A DNA stretch of 64,000 nucleotides. Origin: Dehalococcoidia bacterium. Its GTDB lineage: Bacteria; Chloroflexota; Dehalococcoidia; Lucifugimonadales; UBA3495. Each line of letters opens with the position of its first letter. The first letter of the stretch is position 1. The stretch covers positions 916,015 to 980,014 of the forward strand of contig CBDBNP010000006.1 in assembly GCA_965207865.1 (NCBI GenBank). Direction: 5' to 3'. The notes under the pieces were generated by a model. The model did no database searches. It saw nothing but the letters and a program-made list of their open reading frames with translations, and was not told the origin of the DNA. This document shows positions 28,204-36,862 of the stretch, piece by piece. The translations under genes were made by a program, and so were the position numbers.

Positions 28204-28521
28204 ATGACCGGTACCAGGATGCACACCCCCTGGGGCTGCCCCCAGGACATTACCGAACTGGACGAGGGAATCTGGCGGGTCTCCACCGCCGGGCACGGCG
28301 GCCTCAAGCTGAGCCGGGAGCGGTGGGAGGAACTCCCCGACGTGGTGAGGGACACGTTCCTCAACGCGACCTTCGCCGAGGAGGACTGCGAGGAACCCAT
28401 AGCTCGGACGCTGCTGGGCATCGGCGACGACGGGGATAGGGAATTCGCCATCAAGGTGGCGGGCTGCTTCGACCGCTACGCCCCGGCGCTGCCCTACCTG
28501 CGGAGCAAGGAAGGTGCGTAA
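28204..28521 (+). CDS. Conserved mobile-element protein (DUF7007-like)
   Basis: TPWG...GIWRVSTAGHGGLKLS...EEDCE. Confidence 0.7.
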   Translation: MTGTRMHTPWGCPQDITELDEGIWRVSTAGHGGLKLSRERWEELPDVVRDTFLNATFAEEDCEEPIARTLLGIGDDGDREFAIKVAGCFDRYAPALPYLRSKEGA

Positions 28522-28922
28522 TGATCGCCACGACGACGCGTCCCCGGCCACGCAGCCTGCCCAGCGTTACCACCAAGCTGGCGACGGAGCTGGGCAACCT
28601 CTACGTCACCGTCTGCCTGGACGATGACGGCAACCCCTTCGAGGTGTTTGGCTCCCTGGGCAAGGCCGGCAGCCTCCAGAACGGAGTAACCGAACTGGCC
28701 TGCCGTCTGGTGTCCCTGCACCTGCGGCGGGGTACGCCGCTGGACGAAATCGTGGACCAGTGCCTGGGCATTTCGGAGATGCAGCCCTGGCCCAACGTGA
28801 TGAAGGACGGCAGCACGGTCTACGTGCGCGGCCTGGGCGACGCCATCGCGTTGATTCTCAGGGGCCACATCGAGGCTCAGACGGAGACGGAGGAAGTTGA
28901 ACTCAAGCTGGCCGCCGACTGA
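28521..28922 (+). CDS. Stand-alone TSCPD-like domain (C-terminal module of class II ribonucleotide reductases)
   Basis: RPRSL...T..GNLYVTV..DDDGNPFEVF...GKAG...RLVSLHLRRG...LGI...DAIA. Confidence 0.8.
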   Translation: MIATTTRPRPRSLPSVTTKLATELGNLYVTVCLDDDGNPFEVFGSLGKAGSLQNGVTELACRLVSLHLRRGTPLDEIVDQCLGISEMQPWPNVMKDGSTVYVRGLGDAIALILRGHIEAQTETEEVELKLAAD

Positions 28923-29013
28923 ACGCAATTAATGATCTGGCCGACAGACCCACGGGGCCGTCTCTGTATCGGGAGACGGCCCCGCTATTCATTTCAACTA
29001 AAGGAGCAAGTCA

Positions 29014-30069
29014 ATGACCACGATGATTGAGAACAGGACCGACGTCTACTCGCGGCCCAACGCCCGCTTCGGCGAGGGCGGGACCCTGGAGATCCGGGCC
29101 TCGGCGGCGGGCAACTGCCGCCGCGCCCTTTGGTACGAGGCCAACGAGTACCCGGTGACCAACCCCCGCACTGAGGAATCGTTGACTGTCCTGGAGGCGG
29201 GCAACGCGCTGGAGCCGGTGGTACTGAACGCCATGCGGCGGGCCGGTTGGGACATCGACGCCACAGACAAGGACAGCCCCCAGATGGTCTCCCTGCGCCT
29301 CGGCCCGACGCTGGTGGTGACCGGCCACGTGGACGCCACGGGCGTCGTCCCCATATTCGGCGAGGAACCCAGCGTCATCGAGATCAAGACCCGGGGGCCG
29401 GAGGCATACCGCCGCTGGCGGACGCTGGGCGCTGAGCGCAGCCACCCGGAGTCAGTTGCCCAAGGAGCTTTCTACTCCTACGGGACCTTCGGCGAGGCCA
29501 GGGACCTGGTGATCGCCACTATGGACACCGGCTCCCGGCAGTGGGACTTCGAGGTGATACCCGTCGAGCGAGTGGCGGAAGCCTTCCAACGGGCCTGCGA
29601 GCGGCTGGGGACACTGGGCGCTCACCACGCGCTGCACGGGCCGGACTCCTCGGCCCTGCCGGAGCGGGACTTTACCGCCGACGACTGGCAGTGCCAGCGC
29701 TGCCCCTTCCTCAACACCTGCCTGCCGGGGTCGGCGGTGGCTGAACCGGAGGACGAACCCACCGAGGAGACCGAGCCGGTCACTGACGAGGAGGCCCAAG
29801 CGGCGCTCCACGAGTATGAGAACGCCCAGGAGATGCTGAAGGCTATCGAGGAGGACAAGGCTTGGGCACTGGGCCAGCTCCGGGCCTGGCTCAGCCAGCA
29901 GGGCAGGGAAAAAGCCAAGCTGGAGGGGCGTGAGAAGACCCGGACCGTGGGGATGGTCAAGAGCACCAAGTACAGCGTGGACCACAAGCGGCTGAACGCC
30001 CTGCTGGACCCGGAGACCAGGGCGGGCATCGTCACTGAGAACGTATCCGAGTACCTGCGGGTCAGCTAG
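29014..30069 (+). CDS. Cas4/RecB-like PD-(D/E)xK exonuclease with probable Fe-S cysteines
   Basis: CRRALWY, GHVD, EIKT, CQRCPFLNTC. Confidence 0.85.
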   Translation: MTTMIENRTDVYSRPNARFGEGGTLEIRASAAGNCRRALWYEANEYPVTNPRTEESLTVLEAGNALEPVVLNAMRRAGWDIDATDKDSPQMVSLRLGPTLVVTGHVDATGVVPIFGEEPSVIEIKTRGPEAYRRWRTLGAERSHPESVAQGAFYSYGTFGEARDLVIATMDTGSRQWDFEVIPVERVAEAFQRACERLGTLGAHHALHGPDSSALPERDFTADDWQCQRCPFLNTCLPGSAVAEPEDEPTEETEPVTDEEAQAALHEYENAQEMLKAIEEDKAWALGQLRAWLSQQGREKAKLEGREKTRTVGMVKSTKYSVDHKRLNALLDPETRAGIVTENVSEYLRVS

Positions 30070-30176
30070 GGACACCCTGACGTTCCCTGATCGGAGCGCG
30101 ACACGGGGCCGTGATCCCTTACCGGATAGGGTCCCGCAACGGCAACCCCATTTCAAAACCAAATGGAGGAACGATC

Positions 30177-30617
30177 ATGGCGAAGACCATCAACAGGGTG
30201 GAACTCCTGGGGCGCGTGGGCGCCGATCCCGAAATGAAGTACACCGCCAACGGCACTGCGGTCACCCAGCTGCGCCTGGCCACCGACCGGGTGCGCAAGG
30301 GCGGCGAAGCCGAGACCGACTGGCACACCGTTGTGGTGTGGGACAAGTTGGCCGATGCCGTCGCGCAGTACGTGCAGAAAGGGCAGAGGATCTACATCGC
30401 GGGACGCCTGGCGCAGAACTCCTGGACCGGCGACGACGGGCAGCGGCGCTACCGCACCGAGATTCACGCCCAGGACGTGGTGTTCCTGGACTCGGACCGC
30501 AACGGCAACGGCGCCGGCGGCGACAGCAATTCCGGCAACTACGCCAACACCGTTGCCGCCAACGGTGCCAACACCGGGGCCGGCCACCAGCCCGCCGACG
30601 AGGACTCTCCCTTCTAA
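30177..30617 (+). CDS. ssb: Single-stranded DNA-binding protein
   Basis: INRVELLGRVGADPE...TDWHTVVVW...; acidic tail ending EDSPF. Confidence 0.95.
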   Translation: MAKTINRVELLGRVGADPEMKYTANGTAVTQLRLATDRVRKGGEAETDWHTVVVWDKLADAVAQYVQKGQRIYIAGRLAQNSWTGDDGQRRYRTEIHAQDVVFLDSDRNGNGAGGDSNSGNYANTVAANGANTGAGHQPADEDSPF

Positions 30618-30721
30618 CCCGAATGCCAACTACAGCCGCCCTCCAAGGCGCAACACGGGGCCGCCCCTGCCAGCAGGGGCGGCCCCGCTTTCTTTTCCAG
30701 ACCAATCCGAAGGAGCGAGCC

Positions 30722-31282
30722 ATGCCCCGCAAGAACCAAGCCAAGCAAGAGGAATTGCCCATGTCCATACCCGAACCCGCCGCTGCCGCAACGCCGGAGG
30801 GCGAGGCCGTGCTGGAGGCCCTGCGCTCCAACCTGACCCTGCTGGGGGAACTGGCGGCCCGCTACCAGGTGGCCTTCCAGCCGGAACGCCCCGCCGACAG
30901 GCCGCAGATCAACTGCCCGGAAGATGTCCACAACCTGCTGGCCCCGGAGATGAGCGGACTGGCCCAGGAGCAGCTCAGGGTGCTGCTGCTCAACACCCGC
31001 AACCAGGTGACGGGCCAGCGGGTCATCTACATCGGCAACGTCAACTCGTCGGTGGTCAGGCCCGCCGAGGTGCTGCGGCACGCAATCATCGAATGCGCCA
31101 CCAGCATCATCATCGTCCACAACCATCCGTCGGGAGATCCCACGCCCAGTGGCGCCGACGTGTCCATCACCAAGGACATCTTCGAGGGCGCCAAGCTGCT
31201 GGGCTTCGACCTGCTGGACCACATCGTCATCGGCGACGACAGGTGGGTCAGCCTCAAGGAAGGCAAGCTCTTCGGCGACTAA
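30722..31282 (+). CDS. radC: RadC-family JAB domain protein
   Basis: QEQLRVLLLNTRN...IIVHNHPSGDPTPSGAD...LLDHIVIG. Confidence 0.93.
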   Translation: MPRKNQAKQEELPMSIPEPAAAATPEGEAVLEALRSNLTLLGELAARYQVAFQPERPADRPQINCPEDVHNLLAPEMSGLAQEQLRVLLLNTRNQVTGQRVIYIGNVNSSVVRPAEVLRHAIIECATSIIIVHNHPSGDPTPSGADVSITKDIFEGAKLLGFDLLDHIVIGDDRWVSLKEGKLFGD

Positions 31283-31380
31283 CCCTTTTCCACCGAGACC
31301 GGCGCTGGGCCGCCGGCCCCCACGCGGGGACTCCTGATCTCCCCGCCCCTCCCCACACCTTCACCTACAGGAGGCAACCC

Positions 31381-32046
31381 ATGATTCCGACGCAACCCGC
31401 CTTGAACGGCGAGGACCTGTTCACCATCAACGCCGGCGGCTACTCGGCCACCGCCGACGCCTATGCCCGCGACCCGGACACCGAGGGTCTCTGGTTCCTG
31501 TCCATGGTGGGACCGCAGACCGCCCTCAAGGCCATCTGGGCCTCCCTGCTCAAGCAGCCTCCCGACGCCGCCTACATCATCAAGGGCGTGGAGGGCATGG
31601 CCCTCTCCGGCGGATACCAACGGTGCCAGGTGCCCCACCACACCGTGGGCACCTGGACCACCCGGATCGTACGGCTCCCCGCCAGCCGGGGCTGGCATGC
31701 GCTCGTTTACACGCGGCTGGCCGAGTTCAGTTTCGAGCGCGACGACTTTCTGCTGCTGGCCCAGGACCAGGCCGACGCGCCAACGCTGCACCACCGCTTC
31801 CTGGACCGTCGCAGCCCCCTGCCACTCCACCGCACCTGGCGGGACTGGCTCTGGCGCCGGGGGTTGGATACCGGCGAGATCGTCCCCCTGGAGTCCGCCG
31901 GTCTGCTGGCCTACACCTGCAACCCCAACGGCGAGGAACTCAAGGCCGACCTTTCGGCAGCGGTGGCGGCGGGGACGCTAACGCTCGACTCCCACGACAA
32001 CGATCGCAACAACGACACCGACAAGGAGGATAGCAACGATGGATAG
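31381..32046 (+). CDS. Conserved ICE hypothetical protein
   Basis: AGGAGG RBS; LWFLSMVG..TA...PLPLH..W.DWLW, resembling proteins found upstream of methylase-helicase pairs in ICEs. Confidence 0.75.
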   Translation: MIPTQPALNGEDLFTINAGGYSATADAYARDPDTEGLWFLSMVGPQTALKAIWASLLKQPPDAAYIIKGVEGMALSGGYQRCQVPHHTVGTWTTRIVRLPASRGWHALVYTRLAEFSFERDDFLLLAQDQADAPTLHHRFLDRRSPLPLHRTWRDWLWRRGLDTGEIVPLESAGLLAYTCNPNGEELKADLSAAVAAGTLTLDSHDNDRNNDTDKEDSNDG

Positions 32047-32464
32047 GACCTTGAACCCGGTGAAGCGGGGCAACAAGCGCCGCCGCGCCCGCAACTGGAA
32101 GGCCTGGCAGCTCTTCTCCCCGGACGGCGACACCTGCCGGTTCTGCCCCCACGGGGCCGCCGACCACCTGACTTCGAGCGGGCAGCCCCATTTCTACCGG
32201 CCCGCGACGGAGGGGGACTGGAGCAACCCCGGCGATAAACTCTACCGCCACGAGATGGAGGACGGCTCGGAGGTGCTGGTGAAGCGCGTCACCGTCGCCA
32301 ACCGCGCCGAGCTGCTCACCGTTTTCTGCGTCCAGTGCGCCAAGGACAAGGACACCTGCCAGGTGCTGTGTTTCCAGCGCACCCTCGCCAAGGGCGAGGT
32401 GGTGGGTCTGAACCACTATTCCAACGGACACCACGCCAACGGCAACCACAGCAACGGGAGGTAG
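32039..32464 (+). CDS. Hypothetical Cys/His-rich protein
   Basis: CRFCPH...H, CVQC...C..C; AGGAGG RBS; NGH-rich tail. Confidence 0.7.
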   Translation: MDRTLNPVKRGNKRRRARNWKAWQLFSPDGDTCRFCPHGAADHLTSSGQPHFYRPATEGDWSNPGDKLYRHEMEDGSEVLVKRVTVANRAELLTVFCVQCAKDKDTCQVLCFQRTLAKGEVVGLNHYSNGHHANGNHSNGR

Positions 32465-32468
32465 CGAA

Positions 32469-32738
32469 ATGGCCGATAACCAAACCTTGTACTTCCCCTG
32501 CCCCTCCTGCGGGGCGCGGTTCTGCCAGATGGAAGAAACCGACAAGGACATCCACGCCGGCGAGACCTATCACTGCAACGAGTGCGGCGCGGCGGTGGTC
32601 CTCGTCGCCCTGAGCATGGAGATGCTGGCCTCACCCGAAAACATACGGTGGGGGTGCCACTTCTGCCAGCCCGGTCCCTGCCGGTTGGCGCCGTCCACGC
32701 CTCCCGCCAGCGAACCCAAAACAACCCGTTCAGAGTAA
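32469..32738 (+). CDS. Small zinc-ribbon protein
   Basis: CPSC...CNEC...CHFC; GGAGGT RBS. Confidence 0.65.
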   Translation: MADNQTLYFPCPSCGARFCQMEETDKDIHAGETYHCNECGAAVVLVALSMEMLASPENIRWGCHFCQPGPCRLAPSTPPASEPKTTRSE

Positions 32739-32780
32739 CCCACCGAATCCATTAATCCATACAGGTAGAGGAGGACAGAC

Positions 32781-33815
32781 ATGAGACTCGCTGCTCAAGC
32801 AAAGGGCGGGTACTATCCCACGCCGCCCCGGGTGGTTGACCTGGTGGCCCAGTTGCTCTACGGGGCCCGGGGCCGCCCCCGCAACGCCGACGCTCTGCGG
32901 GTCCTGGACCCCTGCTGCGGGGCAGGGGACGCGCTGGCCCAGTTCGCGGACCTGCTGCGCGATCGTAGCACGGTGCCGGTGGAGACCTTCGGGGTGGAGC
33001 TGCACCGCGACCGGGCGGAGCAGGCTTCGGAGGTCCTGGACCGCGCCCTGGCCTGCGATCTCTTCGCCACCACCATCGCCAACAATGCCTTCGGCGTGCT
33101 TTTCCTCAACCCGCCCTATGATTTCGATGCCGAGGACAAGCGCACCGAACACGCCTTCCTGACGTACACCACGCGGTATCTCACCGAGGGCGGGCTGCTG
33201 CTGTTCATCGTCCCGAAACAGCGGCTGGCCGTCTCCGCCCGGTACCTCTCCTCCCACTACCGGGACATCCGCTGCTGGGCGTTCCCGAATCCGGAAAGGG
33301 AAGTCTTCGACCAGGTGGTCTTGATCGGACGGCGCAAGTCCGAGCCCAGCCCGGACCCCTACGCCGAGGAGCAGGTGCGAGAGTGGTCCTTCGGCGAGCC
33401 GGAGGAGTTCTCCTACCGTCCCTACCCGGTCTACGACCCGCCGGTGGTTCCGTCCGGGGACATCCTCTTCGCCACTCGCACCGTGGACCCCTTGGCGGCG
33501 GTCGCCGAGGCTCGGAAGGCGGGCCTGTGGACCAGCCAGGAGGTGCGGGACACCCTCTGGCCTGCCGACGACCGGCGTACCCGGCCCCTGATGCCCCTGC
33601 GCCGTGGTCACCTGGCCATGCTGGTCGCAGCGGGCTTTCTCGACAACCTGGTGCTGGAGGCCGACGGGCAGCGCATCCTGGTCAAGGGGAGGACCACCAA
33701 GGAGATGGTCTTGGCCGAGGAGACGGAGAACACCGAGGTCTACCGCGAGCGGCTGAAGACCACCGTGGTCGCTCTGGACCTGGACGGCGGGGAGATCACC
33801 GACATCGCCGCCTGA
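32781..33815 (+). CDS. SAM-dependent (N6-adenine-type) methyltransferase, DUF6094-like
   Basis: GYYPTP, VLDPCCGAG, FGVEL, LFLNPPY. Confidence 0.9.
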   Translation: MRLAAQAKGGYYPTPPRVVDLVAQLLYGARGRPRNADALRVLDPCCGAGDALAQFADLLRDRSTVPVETFGVELHRDRAEQASEVLDRALACDLFATTIANNAFGVLFLNPPYDFDAEDKRTEHAFLTYTTRYLTEGGLLLFIVPKQRLAVSARYLSSHYRDIRCWAFPNPEREVFDQVVLIGRRKSEPSPDPYAEEQVREWSFGEPEEFSYRPYPVYDPPVVPSGDILFATRTVDPLAAVAEARKAGLWTSQEVRDTLWPADDRRTRPLMPLRRGHLAMLVAAGFLDNLVLEADGQRILVKGRTTKEMVLAEETENTEVYRERLKTTVVALDLDGGEITDIAA

Positions 33816-33938
33816 CGCGCCCGCGACAACAACTGAATTGACGGCTGCCGAGCCAGCCGCACACGAAGGCCCCGCCGGTGGATGAAACCGGCGGGGCCTC
33901 GCTTTTCCAACGGCAACCCTCACGTCAAGGAGAATACC

Positions 33939-36314
33939 ATGAACCTGTCCGGTTTCATCGACACCTTCAAGGACGCCATAGCCAAGCGGGTGGTGGATTC
34001 CTACCCGCCTCTCTACCGGCCCTCGGAAACCCCGGTCAGGCTGCCCCGGCTGCTGCGCACGCCCATGGGCGGCCAGGAAGACGCCATCAAGGGCACGGCC
34101 CTCTCCCTCCAGGCGCATAGGGGCACCACCGTCGTCGGCGAGATGGGCACCGGCAAGACGTTCATCGGCGCTGCAGCCGCCCACGCCGCTGGCTTCCGTC
34201 GGATTTTGATCCTCTGCCCGCCGCACCTCACGCGAAAGTGGAAGCGGGAGGTGGAGGACACGGTGCCGGGCGCGCGAGCCGCCATCGTCGCCTCCATCAC
34301 CGACCTGGAGCGGCTGCGGCTGTCGGTGGGTCCCGCGCCCCTCTTCGCCATCATGTCCCGGGAACGGGCCAAGCTGTCCTACCGCTGGCAGCCCGCCGTA
34401 ATCGAACGCTGGGCCACGGCGGGCTTCAACGGCTACGGCGGCAAGCTGGTACGGGACGAGCAGACCGGCGAGCCCTTCAAGATCCCCTGCTGCCCCACCT
34501 GCTACGCCCAGGTGGTAGACAGGGACGGGGTTCCCCTGACCGCCGAGGAAATGCGACGCAAGCGGCGCACCTGCCACCTGTGCCGCTCGGCGCTGTGGCA
34601 GGCCGACGGCAGCGGCCCCAAACGGTTTCCCCTGGCCGACTACGTGAAGGTCAGGATGCGGGACTTTTTTGACCTGCTTATAGGCGACGAGGTCCATGAG
34701 TATAAGGGAAGGGGTTCGGCTCAGGGCATCGCCGCCGGGGTGCTGGCCGACGCCTGCGGCAAGTCCCTCACTCTTACCGGAACGCTCACCGGCGGCTATT
34801 CCTCGACCCTTTTCCACCTGCTGTACCGGTTCTCGCCGGACATCCGGGCCGAGTTTGGCAGATCGGAGGAAGGCCGCTGGATACAGCGCTACGGCTTCCT
34901 GGAGGAGACGGTGCGCCACTCCGACGACGGCGACGCCTTCGAGGACGGGCGCAACAGCCGCCGCAAGGGATACCGCAAGACGGTGCGGGAGCGTCCCGGC
35001 CTGGCGCCCTCTGCCCTGTTTCACCTGATCGGCAACAGCGTATTTCTCAGGCTCTCCGACGTGGCCTCGGGGCTGCCGCCCTACGAAGAGCAGGTGCTGC
35101 TGTCGGGCATGGACCGGGAGACGGACCACACCGGCTTCTCCCAGCGCAAGGCCTACGACCTGGTGTTCGACACCCTGCGCCAGGCGCTCGCGGCGGCCTT
35201 GGCCACGGGTTCCAAACGGCTGCTGGCCACGTATTTGCAAACCCTGCTGGCCTACCCAGACGGCTGCACCCGGGGCGAGACGGTATTCGTCCCCCAGACC
35301 GGCAACGTGCTGATACAGATGCCGCCCCTGTCCGAGGACAAGCTCTACCCCAAGGAGCAGGCGCTGGTGGACCTGGTGGCCGCCGAGCGGCTGGCCGGCA
35401 GGAAGGTGCTGGTCTACGCCACCCACACGGGAACCCGGGATATCACCGAGCGGATGGAGCAGTTCCTGACCACCCACGGGTTTCGGGTGGCGGTGCTCAA
35501 GGCGGACTCGGTGGCCCCGGACCGGCGGGAAGCCTGGGTGGAGGAACGGGTCAAGCAGGGCATCGACGTGCTCATCTGCCACCCCAGGCTGGTGCAGACC
35601 GGCCTGGACCTGATCGATTTTCCTACTCTCTGTTGGTTCGAGACGGATTACAGCGTTTACACCATGCGGCAGGCGTCGCGGCGCTCCTGGCGCATCGGGC
35701 AGAAGCGCCCGGTGAAGGTGGTGTTTATGGCCTACCGGAACACCATCCAGGCTGAAGCGCTCAAGCTGGTGGCCAAGAAGCTGCAATCTTCGCTGGCGGT
35801 GGAGGGGGAACTGCCCGAGGACGGGCTGGCCGCCTTCGGCGACGACGGCGACGATCTGATGCTGGCCCTGGCAAGGCAGATCGTCAGCCGCGATGAGACC
35901 GACGCCGATGGCGAATCGCTGGAGGACGTGTTCGCCCGCGCGCGGGACACCGAGGCCAGCGCCGAGGAGCTCCTGGTGGACGACAACTGGAAGGTCGTCG
36001 AGGTTGAGCCGGAGACCGTCACGGTCAACCGGAACGGGCATTACTCCAAAAACAGCAGACATGGCGACGGCATCGAGGCGACGGCGGAGCTGGTCTTGGG
36101 TAACGGCCACTACGCCAACGGCTACGGTAACGGCCACCAAGACGTTGCGCCCGCCGAAGGGCAGCAGTCCCTCTTCTCGTGGGCTGAGTTCCTGTCCGAG
36201 GAACCGGCGCGGCCCAACGGACGGAAGGGGAAGTCCCAGCCGGCCGCCGCGTCCCTGTTCGATTGGGCCCTGGAAAAGGAACAGGAACAGGAATTGGTGG
36301 GAGCAGGCCGCTAG
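33939..36314 (+). CDS. SF2 (SNF2-like) helicase with Zn-ribbon insertion
   Basis: GEMGTGKT, DEVH, LTGT, VQTGLDL, QASRRSWRIGQ; CPTC...CHLC. Confidence 0.92.
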   Translation: MNLSGFIDTFKDAIAKRVVDSYPPLYRPSETPVRLPRLLRTPMGGQEDAIKGTALSLQAHRGTTVVGEMGTGKTFIGAAAAHAAGFRRILILCPPHLTRKWKREVEDTVPGARAAIVASITDLERLRLSVGPAPLFAIMSRERAKLSYRWQPAVIERWATAGFNGYGGKLVRDEQTGEPFKIPCCPTCYAQVVDRDGVPLTAEEMRRKRRTCHLCRSALWQADGSGPKRFPLADYVKVRMRDFFDLLIGDEVHEYKGRGSAQGIAAGVLADACGKSLTLTGTLTGGYSSTLFHLLYRFSPDIRAEFGRSEEGRWIQRYGFLEETVRHSDDGDAFEDGRNSRRKGYRKTVRERPGLAPSALFHLIGNSVFLRLSDVASGLPPYEEQVLLSGMDRETDHTGFSQRKAYDLVFDTLRQALAAALATGSKRLLATYLQTLLAYPDGCTRGETVFVPQTGNVLIQMPPLSEDKLYPKEQALVDLVAAERLAGRKVLVYATHTGTRDITERMEQFLTTHGFRVAVLKADSVAPDRREAWVEERVKQGIDVLICHPRLVQTGLDLIDFPTLCWFETDYSVYTMRQASRRSWRIGQKRPVKVVFMAYRNTIQAEALKLVAKKLQSSLAVEGELPEDGLAAFGDDGDDLMLALARQIVSRDETDADGESLEDVFARARDTEASAEELLVDDNWKVVEVEPETVTVNRNGHYSKNSRHGDGIEATAELVLGNGHYANGYGNGHQDVAPAEGQQSLFSWAEFLSEEPARPNGRKGKSQPAAASLFDWALEKEQEQELVGAGR

Positions 36315-36412
36315 ACCGTAAAGGCACCCGGGAGAGGCCGCCAACCAAACGGCGGCCTCCCCGCACAACGCAACCCAACCGAAACAGCACCATTCACTAA
36401 AGGAGACCAATC

Positions 36413-36619
36413 ATGGCACGCATCTTTGTGTACGACGACCGCGAGTTCCCCGACCCTGACCCGGAAATGAGCGTGGAGCAGGTGAAAGCGACCCTGGCCG
36501 ACTTCTACGGCGAGATCGCAAACGCCTCGGTCAAGGAGACCACCCGGGGCGAGGACACCATCTTCGAGTTCCAGCGGCGGGTGGGCACCAAGGGGGCCTT
36601 CGCCTCTGCCCATAGCTAG
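36413..36619 (+). CDS. Prokaryotic ubiquitin-like protein (PRTRC system protein C-like)
   Basis: RIFVY...PDPDPEMSVEQVK...Y.EIANA...FEFQRRVGTKG followed by AFASAHS. Confidence 0.88.
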   Translation: MARIFVYDDREFPDPDPEMSVEQVKATLADFYGEIANASVKETTRGEDTIFEFQRRVGTKGAFASAHS

Positions 36620-36631
36620 GAGGCAGTACAG

Positions 36632-36862
36632 ATGGACAACCTGACCTTCGCAGGTCTGCTGGCAGATATTCCGTCGGCAGGCCTGAAAATCACCGAGCTG
36701 GCGGCGGAGCTCACCCTGCCCGACGGCGGGCTGGACCTGGACGCGGCGGCGGCCCGCCAGGGGGAGGTGGAACTGGCCTGCGCCCAGGCCCAGGACTATG
36801 CCACCGCAACCAACCGGCTGCTGGAGGCGCTGAAATGGCAACTGCGGCCCCGCCGGCACTGA
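36632..36862 (+). CDS. Small helical protein in the Ubl cassette
   Basis: AGGAGG RBS; between the Ubl and F-like genes. Confidence 0.7.
   Translation: MDNLTFAGLLADIPSAGLKITELAAELTLPDGGLDLDAAAARQGEVELACAQAQDYATATNRLLEALKWQLRPRRH

Noticed and set aside
29014-30069. Cas4 as evidence for a CRISPR-Cas locus
   Set aside because: Solo Cas4-like nuclease in a Rad52/SSB context; no other cas genes
30331-31380. N-terminal 350 aa of the 571-aa ORF 30331-32046
   Set aside because: Overlaps ssb and radC in another frame; the real gene starts at 31381 after an AGGAGG RBS
32730-36410. 1226-aa minus-strand ORF and similar long ORFs (13801-15390, 16184-17509, 25864-27159, 50207-52051, 7086-8348, 9104-10429)
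   Set aside because: Antisense shadows of well-supported genes; stop codons are scarce in high-GC codon usage and no motifs are present
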